Shown piece by piece: positions 15,754-23,769 of a stretch of 24,000 bases of DNA. The stretch covers positions 4,406-28,405 of the forward strand of contig NZ_JANQOY010000035.1 of the NCBI RefSeq assembly GCF_028285565.1, read 5' to 3'. This DNA comes from Acaryochloris sp. IP29b_bin.148. Its GTDB lineage: Bacteria > Cyanobacteriota > Cyanobacteriia > Thermosynechococcales > Thermosynechococcaceae. Numbering within the stretch: position 1 is the stretch's first letter; the number at the start of each line of letters is the position of its first letter. Under the pieces are notes generated by a model. That model did not search any database. It was not told where the DNA came from and saw only the letters and a program-made list of their open reading frames with translations. Made by a program: the position numbers and the translations under genes.

Positions 15754-15810
15754 GCTATAGGTAGAGATGGATTGCAAGTTTATGCTTTATCTTTACCTAT
15801 AGCTTTTTTG
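15754..15810 (+). terminator. Rho-independent terminator
   Basis: 15-bp stem GCTATAGGTAGAGAT (15754-15768) / ATCTTTACCTATAGC (15789-15803) with a single G.U pair and a 20-nt loop, followed directly by TTTTTTGTTT. The minus-strand side has no U-tract, so it is plus-oriented. Confidence 0.6.
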
Positions 15811-15912
15811 TTTCTGATAGATTGCCATTAGCTCGGATTCTTCATTTTATTAGAGGGTTGTTCCAACGCCTCAAAGCATCACTTCCGATGTGTTTAAGAG
15901 TTTATTTGTAAA

Positions 15913-16032
15913 GTAGAAATTTTGAGAAACGGTTTACTTGAAATAGTTTTAGTTTGCTTCAGTTAGTTTGCCAAATATGAGCTAAATCGTCACCACATAT
16001 CTCAAGATTTCTACTCTAAGCTTTACTTGAAA
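15913..16032. repeat. composite repeat: 15-bp inverted repeat, each arm followed by direct repeat TTTACTTGAAA
   Basis: GTAGAAATTTTGAGA (15913-15927) pairs with TCTCAAGATTTCTAC (16000-16014) at 14 of 15 complementary positions. TTTACTTGAAA occurs at 15933-15943 and again at 16022-16032. Confidence 0.6.
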
Positions 16033-16648
16033 ATGCAAGCATAGTATCTCTCTCTAAAATTTTTAGGCCGTAGCGAGCAGCTCCAAATTTCTTAGAGATG
16101 AAGGGCTTCGGAGACTAAACTCCTCTCCTAATACTGACAGTCTAGCCATCTCGTGGCCTCAAACAATGGGTTTGTACTCCAGAAATATGTAGACGCTGCC
16201 CGTTTCTACAGGCAACTTACCTAGTTTTTGGCGTTCTTCAATACCATCAGGGTAAATAGTGGATACTCATTCAGGACACTCTGATCGACATGCTCTCGCT
16301 ATAGAGCTGTGGGGCACCATTCTTGTCTTGCTTGGTGGGAGTCGAGAAGTGAACATGAACTCAGGTCAATGAATTACTCTGCAAGACAATAGGCATTCCC
16401 CTTGATTTTGATGAAGTGTATAACGAAGTCCTGAAAGGACAGTGGTAAGGCATAGCTGAGAACAAGAAATAGCAAAGTTTTCAATCTACTGTTTCAGCCT
16501 TCCATCCTAACTACAAAGATGATTAAATTTTTCCTAGTGTATTTAATTTTATTGCAACTGCATATTCTGTTGATTTTTTGATGACAAATAGATAAGACAT
16601 CAAGGAATACAATGTGTTTGACTTTTAGTTGAAATAAACAAGCTAAAG

Positions 16649-17620
16649 GTGATGCACATTGAAGTGCATCCAATGAAGATTAAACCCACTATCTTAGTAT
16701 CTATTCTTATTGTTGAATTAGGCATTATTCTTACCTGCCAAAGCATAGCTTTTATTTTTAATTGGCATCGCTGGCACCATATAACTTATAGCCAGTCCAA
16801 GCTTGATCTCAACGATTCACCTATATCAACGACTACTCAGCTGGCATATACTCTTATTGGGCCATACGGATATGGTTTGAATGACCTCAAATCGGTCTAT
16901 TCTATCCCTACCTTAAAATCTGAAGTAACCAAAAATATAGGTGGAATTACCTCACTAAAAGTTAGTTCTATTTCCCAAACGTTGCTCTCTTCAACATTCC
17001 CTTTACCTCGGCAAGTCACCATAAATTCCCCTCTTCAAGGTTTTTGTCATCCCCTCAATGGCAAAGGCTGGCTCAGTCAGGGGATCCGCGGAACCACTCA
17101 TCAAGGTCGTATGGAGTTTGCTTATGATCTGGCTATTGCTGTAGGTGCTCCCGTTTATGCAATGCGCTCAGGTAAAGTGCTTGCCATTCGCGATCGCTAT
17201 CCAGATACGGGGGGTGGCAAAGAAAAAGCGACTCAATTTAACTACGTTTGGATAGAACATGATGGAGGATATAAATCGATTTATGTTCACTTGCAACAAG
17301 GTTTTAGGGACTACGTTAATCTCAAAGCTGGTGATTGGGTTAATGCAGGACAATTAATTGGCTTTAGCGGAAACTCTGGTTGGAGCTCAAATCCCCATTT
17401 ACACATAGAGGTTCAACGCCCTAGTAACAAACAGCACTTTACTCAAACGGTTCCCTTTGTAGTCTCAGGTATATGTAGAGAACAATTTGCCGGATTCAGA
17501 AATCAGAGACTTTGGTTTACACTTCCACAGAGAAATAAACAATCAATTTCCAATGATTTAAGACCTACCTCTTCTCAAGTAGGTCAGACTTTTCTTTTCA
17601 AAATTGCGAAAATCAAATAA
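16649..17620 (+). CDS. membrane-anchored M23 family metallopeptidase (peptidoglycan endopeptidase-like)
   Basis: The N-terminal TM anchor is KPTILVSILIVELGIILTC. The C-terminal M23 signature reads THQGRMEFAYDLAIAVGAPVYAMRSGKV...WIEHDGGYKSIYVHL...GQLIGFSGNSGWSSNPHLHIEVQ. Candidate starts are GTG 16649, ATG 16652 and ATG 16673. A 7-bp hairpin GATGCAC(16651-16657)/GTGCATC(16664-16670) covers the first two, so 16673 (MKIKPT...) is my preferred start. Confidence 0.85.
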   Translation: MMHIEVHPMKIKPTILVSILIVELGIILTCQSIAFIFNWHRWHHITYSQSKLDLNDSPISTTTQLAYTLIGPYGYGLNDLKSVYSIPTLKSEVTKNIGGITSLKVSSISQTLLSSTFPLPRQVTINSPLQGFCHPLNGKGWLSQGIRGTTHQGRMEFAYDLAIAVGAPVYAMRSGKVLAIRDRYPDTGGGKEKATQFNYVWIEHDGGYKSIYVHLQQGFRDYVNLKAGDWVNAGQLIGFSGNSGWSSNPHLHIEVQRPSNKQHFTQTVPFVVSGICREQFAGFRNQRLWFTLPQRNKQSISNDLRPTSSQVGQTFLFKIAKIK

Positions 17621-17647
17621 GCCTAGACCATACGCATGGGCTTTTTT
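17621..17647 (+). terminator. candidate Rho-independent terminator of the M23 gene
   Basis: It starts right after the stop codon. The stem is GCCTA(17621-17625)/TGGGC(17637-17641) including one G.U pair, the loop is 11 nt, and TTTTTT follows (17642-17647). The stem is short, hence the moderate confidence. Confidence 0.4.
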
Positions 17648-17958
17648 ATCGGCATATTCTTGGGGGGGACTCTAGACATATGGAGATAGAACCGCAGTCA
17701 AACGACTATAAAATATCTTTAGGGGATCTTCCAACATCATTGCTTGACAATTCATAAGAGTATGGAAGAGCAACAACCTGACAATATGATCGTTTTTGAT
17801 GGTATAAAAGTGTTACCTTAGCATCCTAAAGCTTAACCATATCTAGAAAACTGTTCATGCAATATCATTTTATTTTTGGCCTAAGAAATTCTTCTGTCCT
17901 TTTATCTTCTATAAATATTGATTTCGGACCATTCAACCCTTTCAGCATTTTTCTATTG

Positions 17959-17998
17959 CTATCACTACTGATGTTAATGGCATTTTTAGTAGTGATAG
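17959..17998. repeat. perfect 11-bp inverted repeat CTATCACTACT / AGTAGTGATAG, 18-nt spacer
   Basis: Read directly from the sequence (17959-17969 and 17988-17998). It lies inside the 3' end of an unlisted 49-codon ORF (17857-18006). A weak GGAGA/TCTTC hairpin plus a T-run follows about 15 nt later. Confidence 0.6.
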
Positions 17999-18390
17999 GG
18001 CGTTGAAAGGAGATATATCTTCTTTTTCTTTGATGATGTGAACTCGACGTTATCCATCAAGTGGTATAGCAAAGTAAATCAGACCAGCACTCAACGAGCA
18101 GCCTGGGTATTTTAACAATGTCAATGTCTGCCCCTGATATCTGAGAAGTCTGTAGTGTTACTGTATGCATTAAGGTCATTCAGTGATATCTGACGGGTTT
18201 CAAGCTATACCTGTGGTGTCGTTTACTTATCAAATCGTTTTCCAGCCGCTGAGCCTATTTGCAGACTACAAAGACTTTCATTGATGCAAATATTCGAAAT
18301 ACCTTGATAGTAGGCGAAAAATAGAGGTATACCTGCGCATTCGGCCAAATAGAACTCTTCAATCAATATTTATAATTAAGGTGCAAATTT

Positions 18391-18438
18391 AGTCTGTTTT
18401 GCAAAGCTAGAGGTTGCTTTAGCTTTGCAAAACAGACT
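18391..18438. repeat. perfect 18-bp inverted repeat with 12-nt spacer
   Basis: AGTCTGTTTTGCAAAGCT (18391-18408), spacer agaggttgcttt, AGCTTTGCAAAACAGACT (18421-18438). The arms are exact reverse complements. Neither strand has a flanking U-tract, so this is not a canonical terminator. Confidence 0.9.
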
Positions 18439-18816
18439 GCAGTACATCGGCTCTTTTAGTGGATAATGAAAACATACCTTCCATAGAGATTAATCTTTGT
18501 GAGCATCAACACCTCAAATTTCATAGGCCTGAATTAGCAGAAGAACTGTGATGAGCGTTTATACCATATACTCTCCACCGTAAAGGAGAGGGTAATGTTA
18601 ATTCTCTTTCCAGTAAAGGAGCGCTAACCAAAATTTCTTTTAATACTGTCTTTATAAGGTAGAAATTCTCTTACAATTCAATATTTTGACCTTATAAATC
18701 CACTTTTAAAGTGTATAGGAAAGTATATGAATTAACCCAGGGTTGATTTATAGAACAGCTAAAAATCATCCTCATTATCAAAAATATATACAGTATGATT
18801 CATCACAGCGGACACA

Positions 18817-20193
18817 ATGAAGCGAAGAAGATTTTCACAGCTAGCAGGCAACTTTTTGGCGGGAGTAGCCTTATCAAGCTGCGCAAAAGGCCCAAAAATC
18901 TTGCCTAAGCAAAAGAATCTTGAGGGCAAAAAACTACAGATATGGTGGGAAGAAGGTTTTTATCCTGAAGAAATTGATTCACTTAAAAAAATAATTACCC
19001 AGTGGGAAAATAAGAATGAAACAGCCATTGAATTGACTATTATTCCACAAAAGGATATTCTCGCAGATCTTGAGAATGCTATCCAATCTGGGAATCCACC
19101 TAATATATTCTATTCAGGTTCAGGGGACCTAACCGTTATTCCTCGTCTTGCCTGGAATAGCCAATTAGTGGATGTTTCAGATGTCGTTTTGCCGCTTCAA
19201 GATCAATATAGTTTAAATGCATTAGTGGGTGTTAACTATCGCAATAGATCTAAGAAAAAAAGAAGCTATTATGCAGTCCCTTTAATGCAGTCAGCGATCC
19301 ATATTCATTATTGGGAAGATATATTAATCAATCAGGTCGGCGAGAAACGAGATACTATCCCTAAAGACTGGAAAGATTTTTGGGACTTTTGGGTCCAAGC
19401 CCAGGATAAACTGCAACAAAATAACCAGACCGATATCTATGGATTAGGAATGCCCATGTCCCTGAGCCTAGATACGTATAACAACTTTGAGCAATTTCTA
19501 GAGAGTTACGATGCTCAGATTCTGGATTCTTCGGGGCAGTTGAATATCAATAATCCTCGAACTAAACAAGCCCTCAGTAAAGCGCTGGAAGCTTACACTC
19601 GTTTTTTCCTGAATGGACAAGTTCCTCCTGGTGCAATTGATTGGGACAATACAGGTAATAACGTTTCGTTGCTCAGTCAATCCAGCTTAATGACGGTAAA
19701 CCATACCTTATCAGCCCCCGGATCTCAGCGAAATGATCCAGAAACATACTATCGTCGACTTTCTACAATCAAGTGGCCCAATAAGCCGAACGGGACATCT
19801 ATGCGGTTTGTGGTAGAGCTTAAGCAGGCGGTTATTTTTAATCACTTAGATCATGTCAGTCAAGCCAAAGCGTTTTTAGCTTTCTTAGCTCAGCCAGAGA
19901 ACCTCGCAGCCTATACCAAAGGAGCACAGGGACGCTACCTGCCCGTTATGCCTGCCCTATTCGACGATCCCTTTTGGCAAGATGCTAAGGATTCGCACAT
20001 TTCGGTTGCCGTCGAACAACTACGAAATACTCGACCCGCCTACCAAGTCTTTAATCCAGCCTATGGAGAGGTGGCAGAGCAGAATGTTTGGGGTGATGTC
20101 ATTCGTAAAATTGCGGTCGAGAATCTTTCGATTGAACAAGCAACAGAGCAGGCTATTGCTCAAATTGAAACGATTTTTTCAGAGTGGGAATAG
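18817..20193 (+). CDS. ABC-type extracellular solute-binding protein (family 1, sugar-type), Tat/lipoprotein signal
   Basis: MKRRRFSQLAGNFLAGVALSSC|AKG has a twin-arginine-like n-region plus an LSSC lipobox. The mature part follows the family-1 SBP pattern (KLQIWWEEGFYPEEIDSLKKIITQWENKN...IELTIIPQKDILADLENAIQSGNPPNIFYSG...), and the size of about 430 aa fits. Confidence 0.85.
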   Translation: MKRRRFSQLAGNFLAGVALSSCAKGPKILPKQKNLEGKKLQIWWEEGFYPEEIDSLKKIITQWENKNETAIELTIIPQKDILADLENAIQSGNPPNIFYSGSGDLTVIPRLAWNSQLVDVSDVVLPLQDQYSLNALVGVNYRNRSKKKRSYYAVPLMQSAIHIHYWEDILINQVGEKRDTIPKDWKDFWDFWVQAQDKLQQNNQTDIYGLGMPMSLSLDTYNNFEQFLESYDAQILDSSGQLNINNPRTKQALSKALEAYTRFFLNGQVPPGAIDWDNTGNNVSLLSQSSLMTVNHTLSAPGSQRNDPETYYRRLSTIKWPNKPNGTSMRFVVELKQAVIFNHLDHVSQAKAFLAFLAQPENLAAYTKGAQGRYLPVMPALFDDPFWQDAKDSHISVAVEQLRNTRPAYQVFNPAYGEVAEQNVWGDVIRKIAVENLSIEQATEQAIAQIETIFSEWE

Positions 20194-20303
20194 AGCATGC
20201 ATCGGATATCTCCGTTCACGGCAGTGGTAAGTATTCAAGAAGCTTCCTATCTCGTCCCCATTAGGCTTCAGTCTGGCAACCTCAAGTATCCCTCGACTCA
20301 GCT

Positions 20304-22277
20304 ATGAATCAAAAAACAAACCCGATCCAGAACAGCTTGTCTCTGAAGCTGATTCTCCCTCTTTCAATTCTTTCCATTATTACAATTGTTGTTATTTCCT
20401 TGGGCTCATATATTTCCTCGCGAGAAACCTTAAAGCAGTCAATATATGATCGATTGAGTGTGGCCTCCTCCCTGAAAGAAGGAGAAATCGATCGGTGGTT
20501 TCAAGAACAACATCAAGATGTACTTGTTTTAGCCGAATTAGAAGCGGTTAGGCGGCAAACTCAACGGCTCTCTAGCCGCAATATTGCTAAGAGCAGAAAC
20601 GAATTACCTTATACAGGGCTATCAAAGCTGTTCAAGGCTGTAGGCGCTAGAAAGTCAAATCTACAGGCAATTTCTATATTAAATACGGGTGGAATTGTAT
20701 TGCTGTCCACCAATCAGAAACTAGAGGGAAAGTATCAGCCCCTGGGTGGCGCCACAACGTACTTTTCAGCAGAGGATAAAAATCCGAAGCCGACGATCTA
20801 TCGTTCGCCCATTACTGGACAGCCCACGATTACCTTTGCAACGCCAATTTTGAATGCACTCAATCAAAGGGTGGGGGTATTGTCTGTTGCCTTGGACCTT
20901 AAGGAAGTGGATGAGCTGATCCGAGAACGGACGGGGCTGGGCACCACGGGAACGACCTACTTAGTGGGACGATTAGAACGCGAAAACACGTTTATTGCCT
21001 CTAGAGAATCGGACACTCAGATCTCGTCGAATGGGTTGAGGAGTCAGGCCATTGATGCTGTGACTCAAGGGAATGATGGCTTAGGTCTCTACCCTAATTA
21101 TGCGGGGACACCCGTGATCGGTGTCTACCGTTGGTTGGATAACCAGAATTTGGCTTTAATTGCTGAAATCAGTCAGAGGGAGGCCTTTGCACCCGCTCGT
21201 ATTTTGGCCAGAAATATCCTACTGTTCGGATTGGGGGCGACGGGGTTATTGCTGTCTGGAATCTACTTTTTTACGCGACGAATTACCAAACCCATCTTGG
21301 CAATTACTGAGGCTGCCATCCAGGTTGAGCAAGGGAATCTCAACCACGAGATTCCTGTTGTCAGCAAAGATGAAATTGGCATTTTAGCGCATGCGTTTAA
21401 CCAAATGGCTCAACAGGTTCGCAACTCCTTTGGGACCTTAGAAGGGACCAATCAAGCCCTAGAAAGGCGTGTGGAGGAAAGAACATCTGAGCTACTGGAG
21501 GCCAAAGAGGCTGCAGAGGCTGCAACTAATACTAAGAGCCAGTTTTTGGCGAATATGAGCCATGAATTACGCACACCGCTCAATACGATTATTGGTTACA
21601 GCGAAATTTTAGAAGAAGATGCAGAAGATTTGGGCCAAAATCAGTTCGTCCCTGATCTCCAAAAGATTCAAAGTTCAAGCAAGCATCTGCTGGGCCTGAT
21701 TGATGCCATTCTGGATTTATCCAAGGTTGAAGCCGGGCAAATGGACTTATACACGGAGAAAGTTGATATTTCCTACCTGTCCCAAGAGGTGTTAAATAGC
21801 ATGCACCCCATCGCCCTGAGACATAATAATCACCTGATCTTCAATAACAACTCTAAGACCCAATATTTGCAGGCAGATCGGAACAAGCTCCGCCAGTGCT
21901 TACTCAACCTTTTAAGTAATGCCAACAAGTTTACTCACGGTGGAGAGGTCGCTCTTGCGATTAAGGATATGCCTCAGCTGGGGCAGGTTCATTTCATGGT
22001 TAAAGATACGGGGATTGGTATGACACCAGAGCAGATGAAAAAGGTGTTTGCACCGTTTACGCAAGCTGATCCTTCAGTGACGCGTCGCTATGGTGGTTCT
22101 GGGCTTGGACTTACCCTCACCCAACAATTTGTCGAGCTTATGGGGGGAACCTTACACGCTGAAAGCGAATATGGGAAAGGGACCCTTTTTACCCTCTCTC
22201 TCCCTGTATTGCCTGTCAAAAAGCAAGCGTCTGAAGGGCGCGATCGCAACTTCAAACCGAGTCTTGACCTCGCCTAA
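20304..22277 (+). CDS. sensor histidine kinase (TM-Cache-like periplasmic domain-TM-HAMP-HisKA-HATPase_c)
   Basis: TM1 is LILPLSILSIITIVVISLGSYI. The periplasmic domain of about 260 aa has a Cache-type signature (...YAGTPVIGVYRWLDNQNLALIAEISQREAFAP). TM2 is ILLFGLGATGLLLSGIYFF, followed by HAMP (ITKPILAITEAAIQVEQGNLNHEIPVVSKDEIGILAHAFNQMA). H-box SHELRTPLN, N-box LLNLLSNANKFT, G1 DTGIGM and G2 GGSGLGLTL are present. There is no receiver domain. Confidence 0.95.
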   Translation: MNQKTNPIQNSLSLKLILPLSILSIITIVVISLGSYISSRETLKQSIYDRLSVASSLKEGEIDRWFQEQHQDVLVLAELEAVRRQTQRLSSRNIAKSRNELPYTGLSKLFKAVGARKSNLQAISILNTGGIVLLSTNQKLEGKYQPLGGATTYFSAEDKNPKPTIYRSPITGQPTITFATPILNALNQRVGVLSVALDLKEVDELIRERTGLGTTGTTYLVGRLERENTFIASRESDTQISSNGLRSQAIDAVTQGNDGLGLYPNYAGTPVIGVYRWLDNQNLALIAEISQREAFAPARILARNILLFGLGATGLLLSGIYFFTRRITKPILAITEAAIQVEQGNLNHEIPVVSKDEIGILAHAFNQMAQQVRNSFGTLEGTNQALERRVEERTSELLEAKEAAEAATNTKSQFLANMSHELRTPLNTIIGYSEILEEDAEDLGQNQFVPDLQKIQSSSKHLLGLIDAILDLSKVEAGQMDLYTEKVDISYLSQEVLNSMHPIALRHNNHLIFNNNSKTQYLQADRNKLRQCLLNLLSNANKFTHGGEVALAIKDMPQLGQVHFMVKDTGIGMTPEQMKKVFAPFTQADPSVTRRYGGSGLGLTLTQQFVELMGGTLHAESEYGKGTLFTLSLPVLPVKKQASEGRDRNFKPSLDLA

Positions 22278-22335
22278 CCCCACTTCCCGTCCAGATCGCC
22301 ACGCCCATCAGTCCCCTTCCCTTGGCGGGATGGAA

Positions 22336-22704
22336 TCATAAGGGCATCGCTGGGCAAAGTAAATCACGAATCGCTTCGTTCAGCGGATCTGCCACCAGAG
22401 GTTGCCAATCGCTCCCGGTGGGTTGACCGTTGATCTCTATATCTTGAAATTGGTTGGTAGCACAGTTATAGGCCGTCAGGTAATCTATCCGTTGAGGTGC
22501 TGACCGCTCATCCATGTAATAGCTTTTAACCGTGACTTGGGTGCCTGACCATTGAATAGAATCTCGATCAAAATATTGGCACACCAAACCCTGATCGGCT
22601 GCAGCACCTAATTCCCAGGTCACCGCGGTTGCTGGGGTTGCGGCGAGTAACAGCTCTGCGATCGCTAATACAACGACCACTATTCCTATGCCGATGCGTC
22701 TCAT
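22336..22704 (-). CDS. small secreted hypothetical protein (122 aa, 4 Cys)
   Basis: The signal peptide is MRRIGIGIVVVVLAIAELLLAATPATA. AAGGTG lies just upstream of the ATG. The pattern YFDRDSIQWSGTQVTVKSYY...YLTAYNC loosely recalls small surface-adhesin-E-like domains. That resemblance is weak and unverified. Confidence 0.6.
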   Translation of the reverse strand: MRRIGIGIVVVVLAIAELLLAATPATAVTWELGAAADQGLVCQYFDRDSIQWSGTQVTVKSYYMDERSAPQRIDYLTAYNCATNQFQDIEINGQPTGSDWQPLVADPLNEAIRDLLCPAMPL

Positions 22705-22881
22705 CCTTCACCTTTAGCGCTAGGGAACCTTTTGGCCCGTGGACACACTGATGACCAGTCCCTCTAGGCTAACAGCTGAGTCGGTCTCTCTTGCGGCTGA
22801 TTTTCTAGAATTCAGAAAAATATAATGTCAAAGTGATATCACTTTGTTACCGTATTGATATAGATTCAACTGAGGTGGTGT

Positions 22882-23769
22882 ATGAACGCAACGCAAGAGT
22901 CCTCCACATGGCAGATTGGCGGTTTCTGGGTCATTCTTATTGTGTTGGGATTGATGGGGATGGGCAGTTGGTATTTACTCCCCTTTGTATTGTTCGAGCA
23001 GCCCCTGAGTACCCTTCATCTGTGGCTTGCATCAGGGATGTGGGCAGTGGCGGGGCTATTGTTAGCAGGCTTTTTCTTAGTGGACCCCAATCAAGCACGG
23101 GTCATGATTCTCTTGGGCAAATATATGGGCAGTATTCGAGAGCCTGGATTTTATTGGACGATTCCCTTCATCATTAGTAAGCGTCGCGTCTCTCTACGGG
23201 TTCGCAATTTCAACAGTGAGACCCTTAAAGTCAACGATGCTCAGGGCAGTCCCATTGAAATTGCTGCCGTTGTCGTTTGGCGAGTTGTGGATTCAGCCAA
23301 GGCTCTGTTGGATGTAGAAAGCTGTCGGGACTTTGTCGCCATCCAAAGTGAAACGGCCCTCCGCAGTTTGGCTAGCCGTTATGCATACGATATTTTCGAT
23401 CATGCCCATGAATCTTTACGGGGCAATCCCGATCAAATTTCTGACCGACTTAAACAGGAGGTACAACGGCGTTTGGATGTCGCTGGGGTCGATATTATCG
23501 AAGCGCGCATCACCCACTTGGCCTATGCCCCTGAGATTGCTCAAGCCATGCTTCGTCGCCAGCAGGCCATTGCCGTGATTGCCGCAAAGGAACGAATTGT
23601 GGAAGGTGCCCTAGGGATGGTAGAAATGGCGTTGCATCGTCTAAGTGAGCAGCAGGTGGTGGACTTGGATGAAGAACGCAAGGCCTCTATGGTCAACAAC
23701 CTCCTGGTTGCCCTTGTTTCTGAAAGTTCAACACAGCCGATTATTAACGCTGGAACCCTATATTCGTGA
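22882..23769 (+). CDS. SPFH/band-7 (stomatin/prohibitin-like) membrane protein
   Basis: GAGGTGG Shine-Dalgarno lies upstream. There are two N-terminal TM helices. The SPFH core is [71 protein letters not shown], followed by the helical [28 protein letters not shown] segment. Confidence 0.9.
   Translation: MNATQESSTWQIGGFWVILIVLGLMGMGSWYLLPFVLFEQPLSTLHLWLASGMWAVAGLLLAGFFLVDPNQARVMILLGKYMGSIREPGFYWTIPFIISKRRVSLRVRNFNSETLKVNDAQGSPIEIAAVVVWRVVDSAKALLDVESCRDFVAIQSETALRSLASRYAYDIFDHAHESLRGNPDQISDRLKQEVQRRLDVAGVDIIEARITHLAYAPEIAQAMLRRQQAIAVIAAKERIVEGALGMVEMALHRLSEQQVVDLDEERKASMVNNLLVALVSESSTQPIINAGTLYS

Noticed and set aside
15913-16032. Repeated TTTACTTGAAA units, considered as a CRISPR-like array
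   Set aside because: There are only two copies of an 11-nt unit, with no regular repeat-spacer periodicity and no cas genes. It is reported instead as a composite repeat.
22833-23177. 114-aa alternative-frame ORF overlapping the SPFH gene start
   Set aside because: The 22882 frame has an SD, TM helices and a full SPFH domain, and this frame has nothing. The same applies to 23333-23578, 21160-21387, 22090-22341, 19498-19680, 19982-20230, 17168-17353, 10533-10781, 11042-11281, 12011-12313 and 12952-13146.
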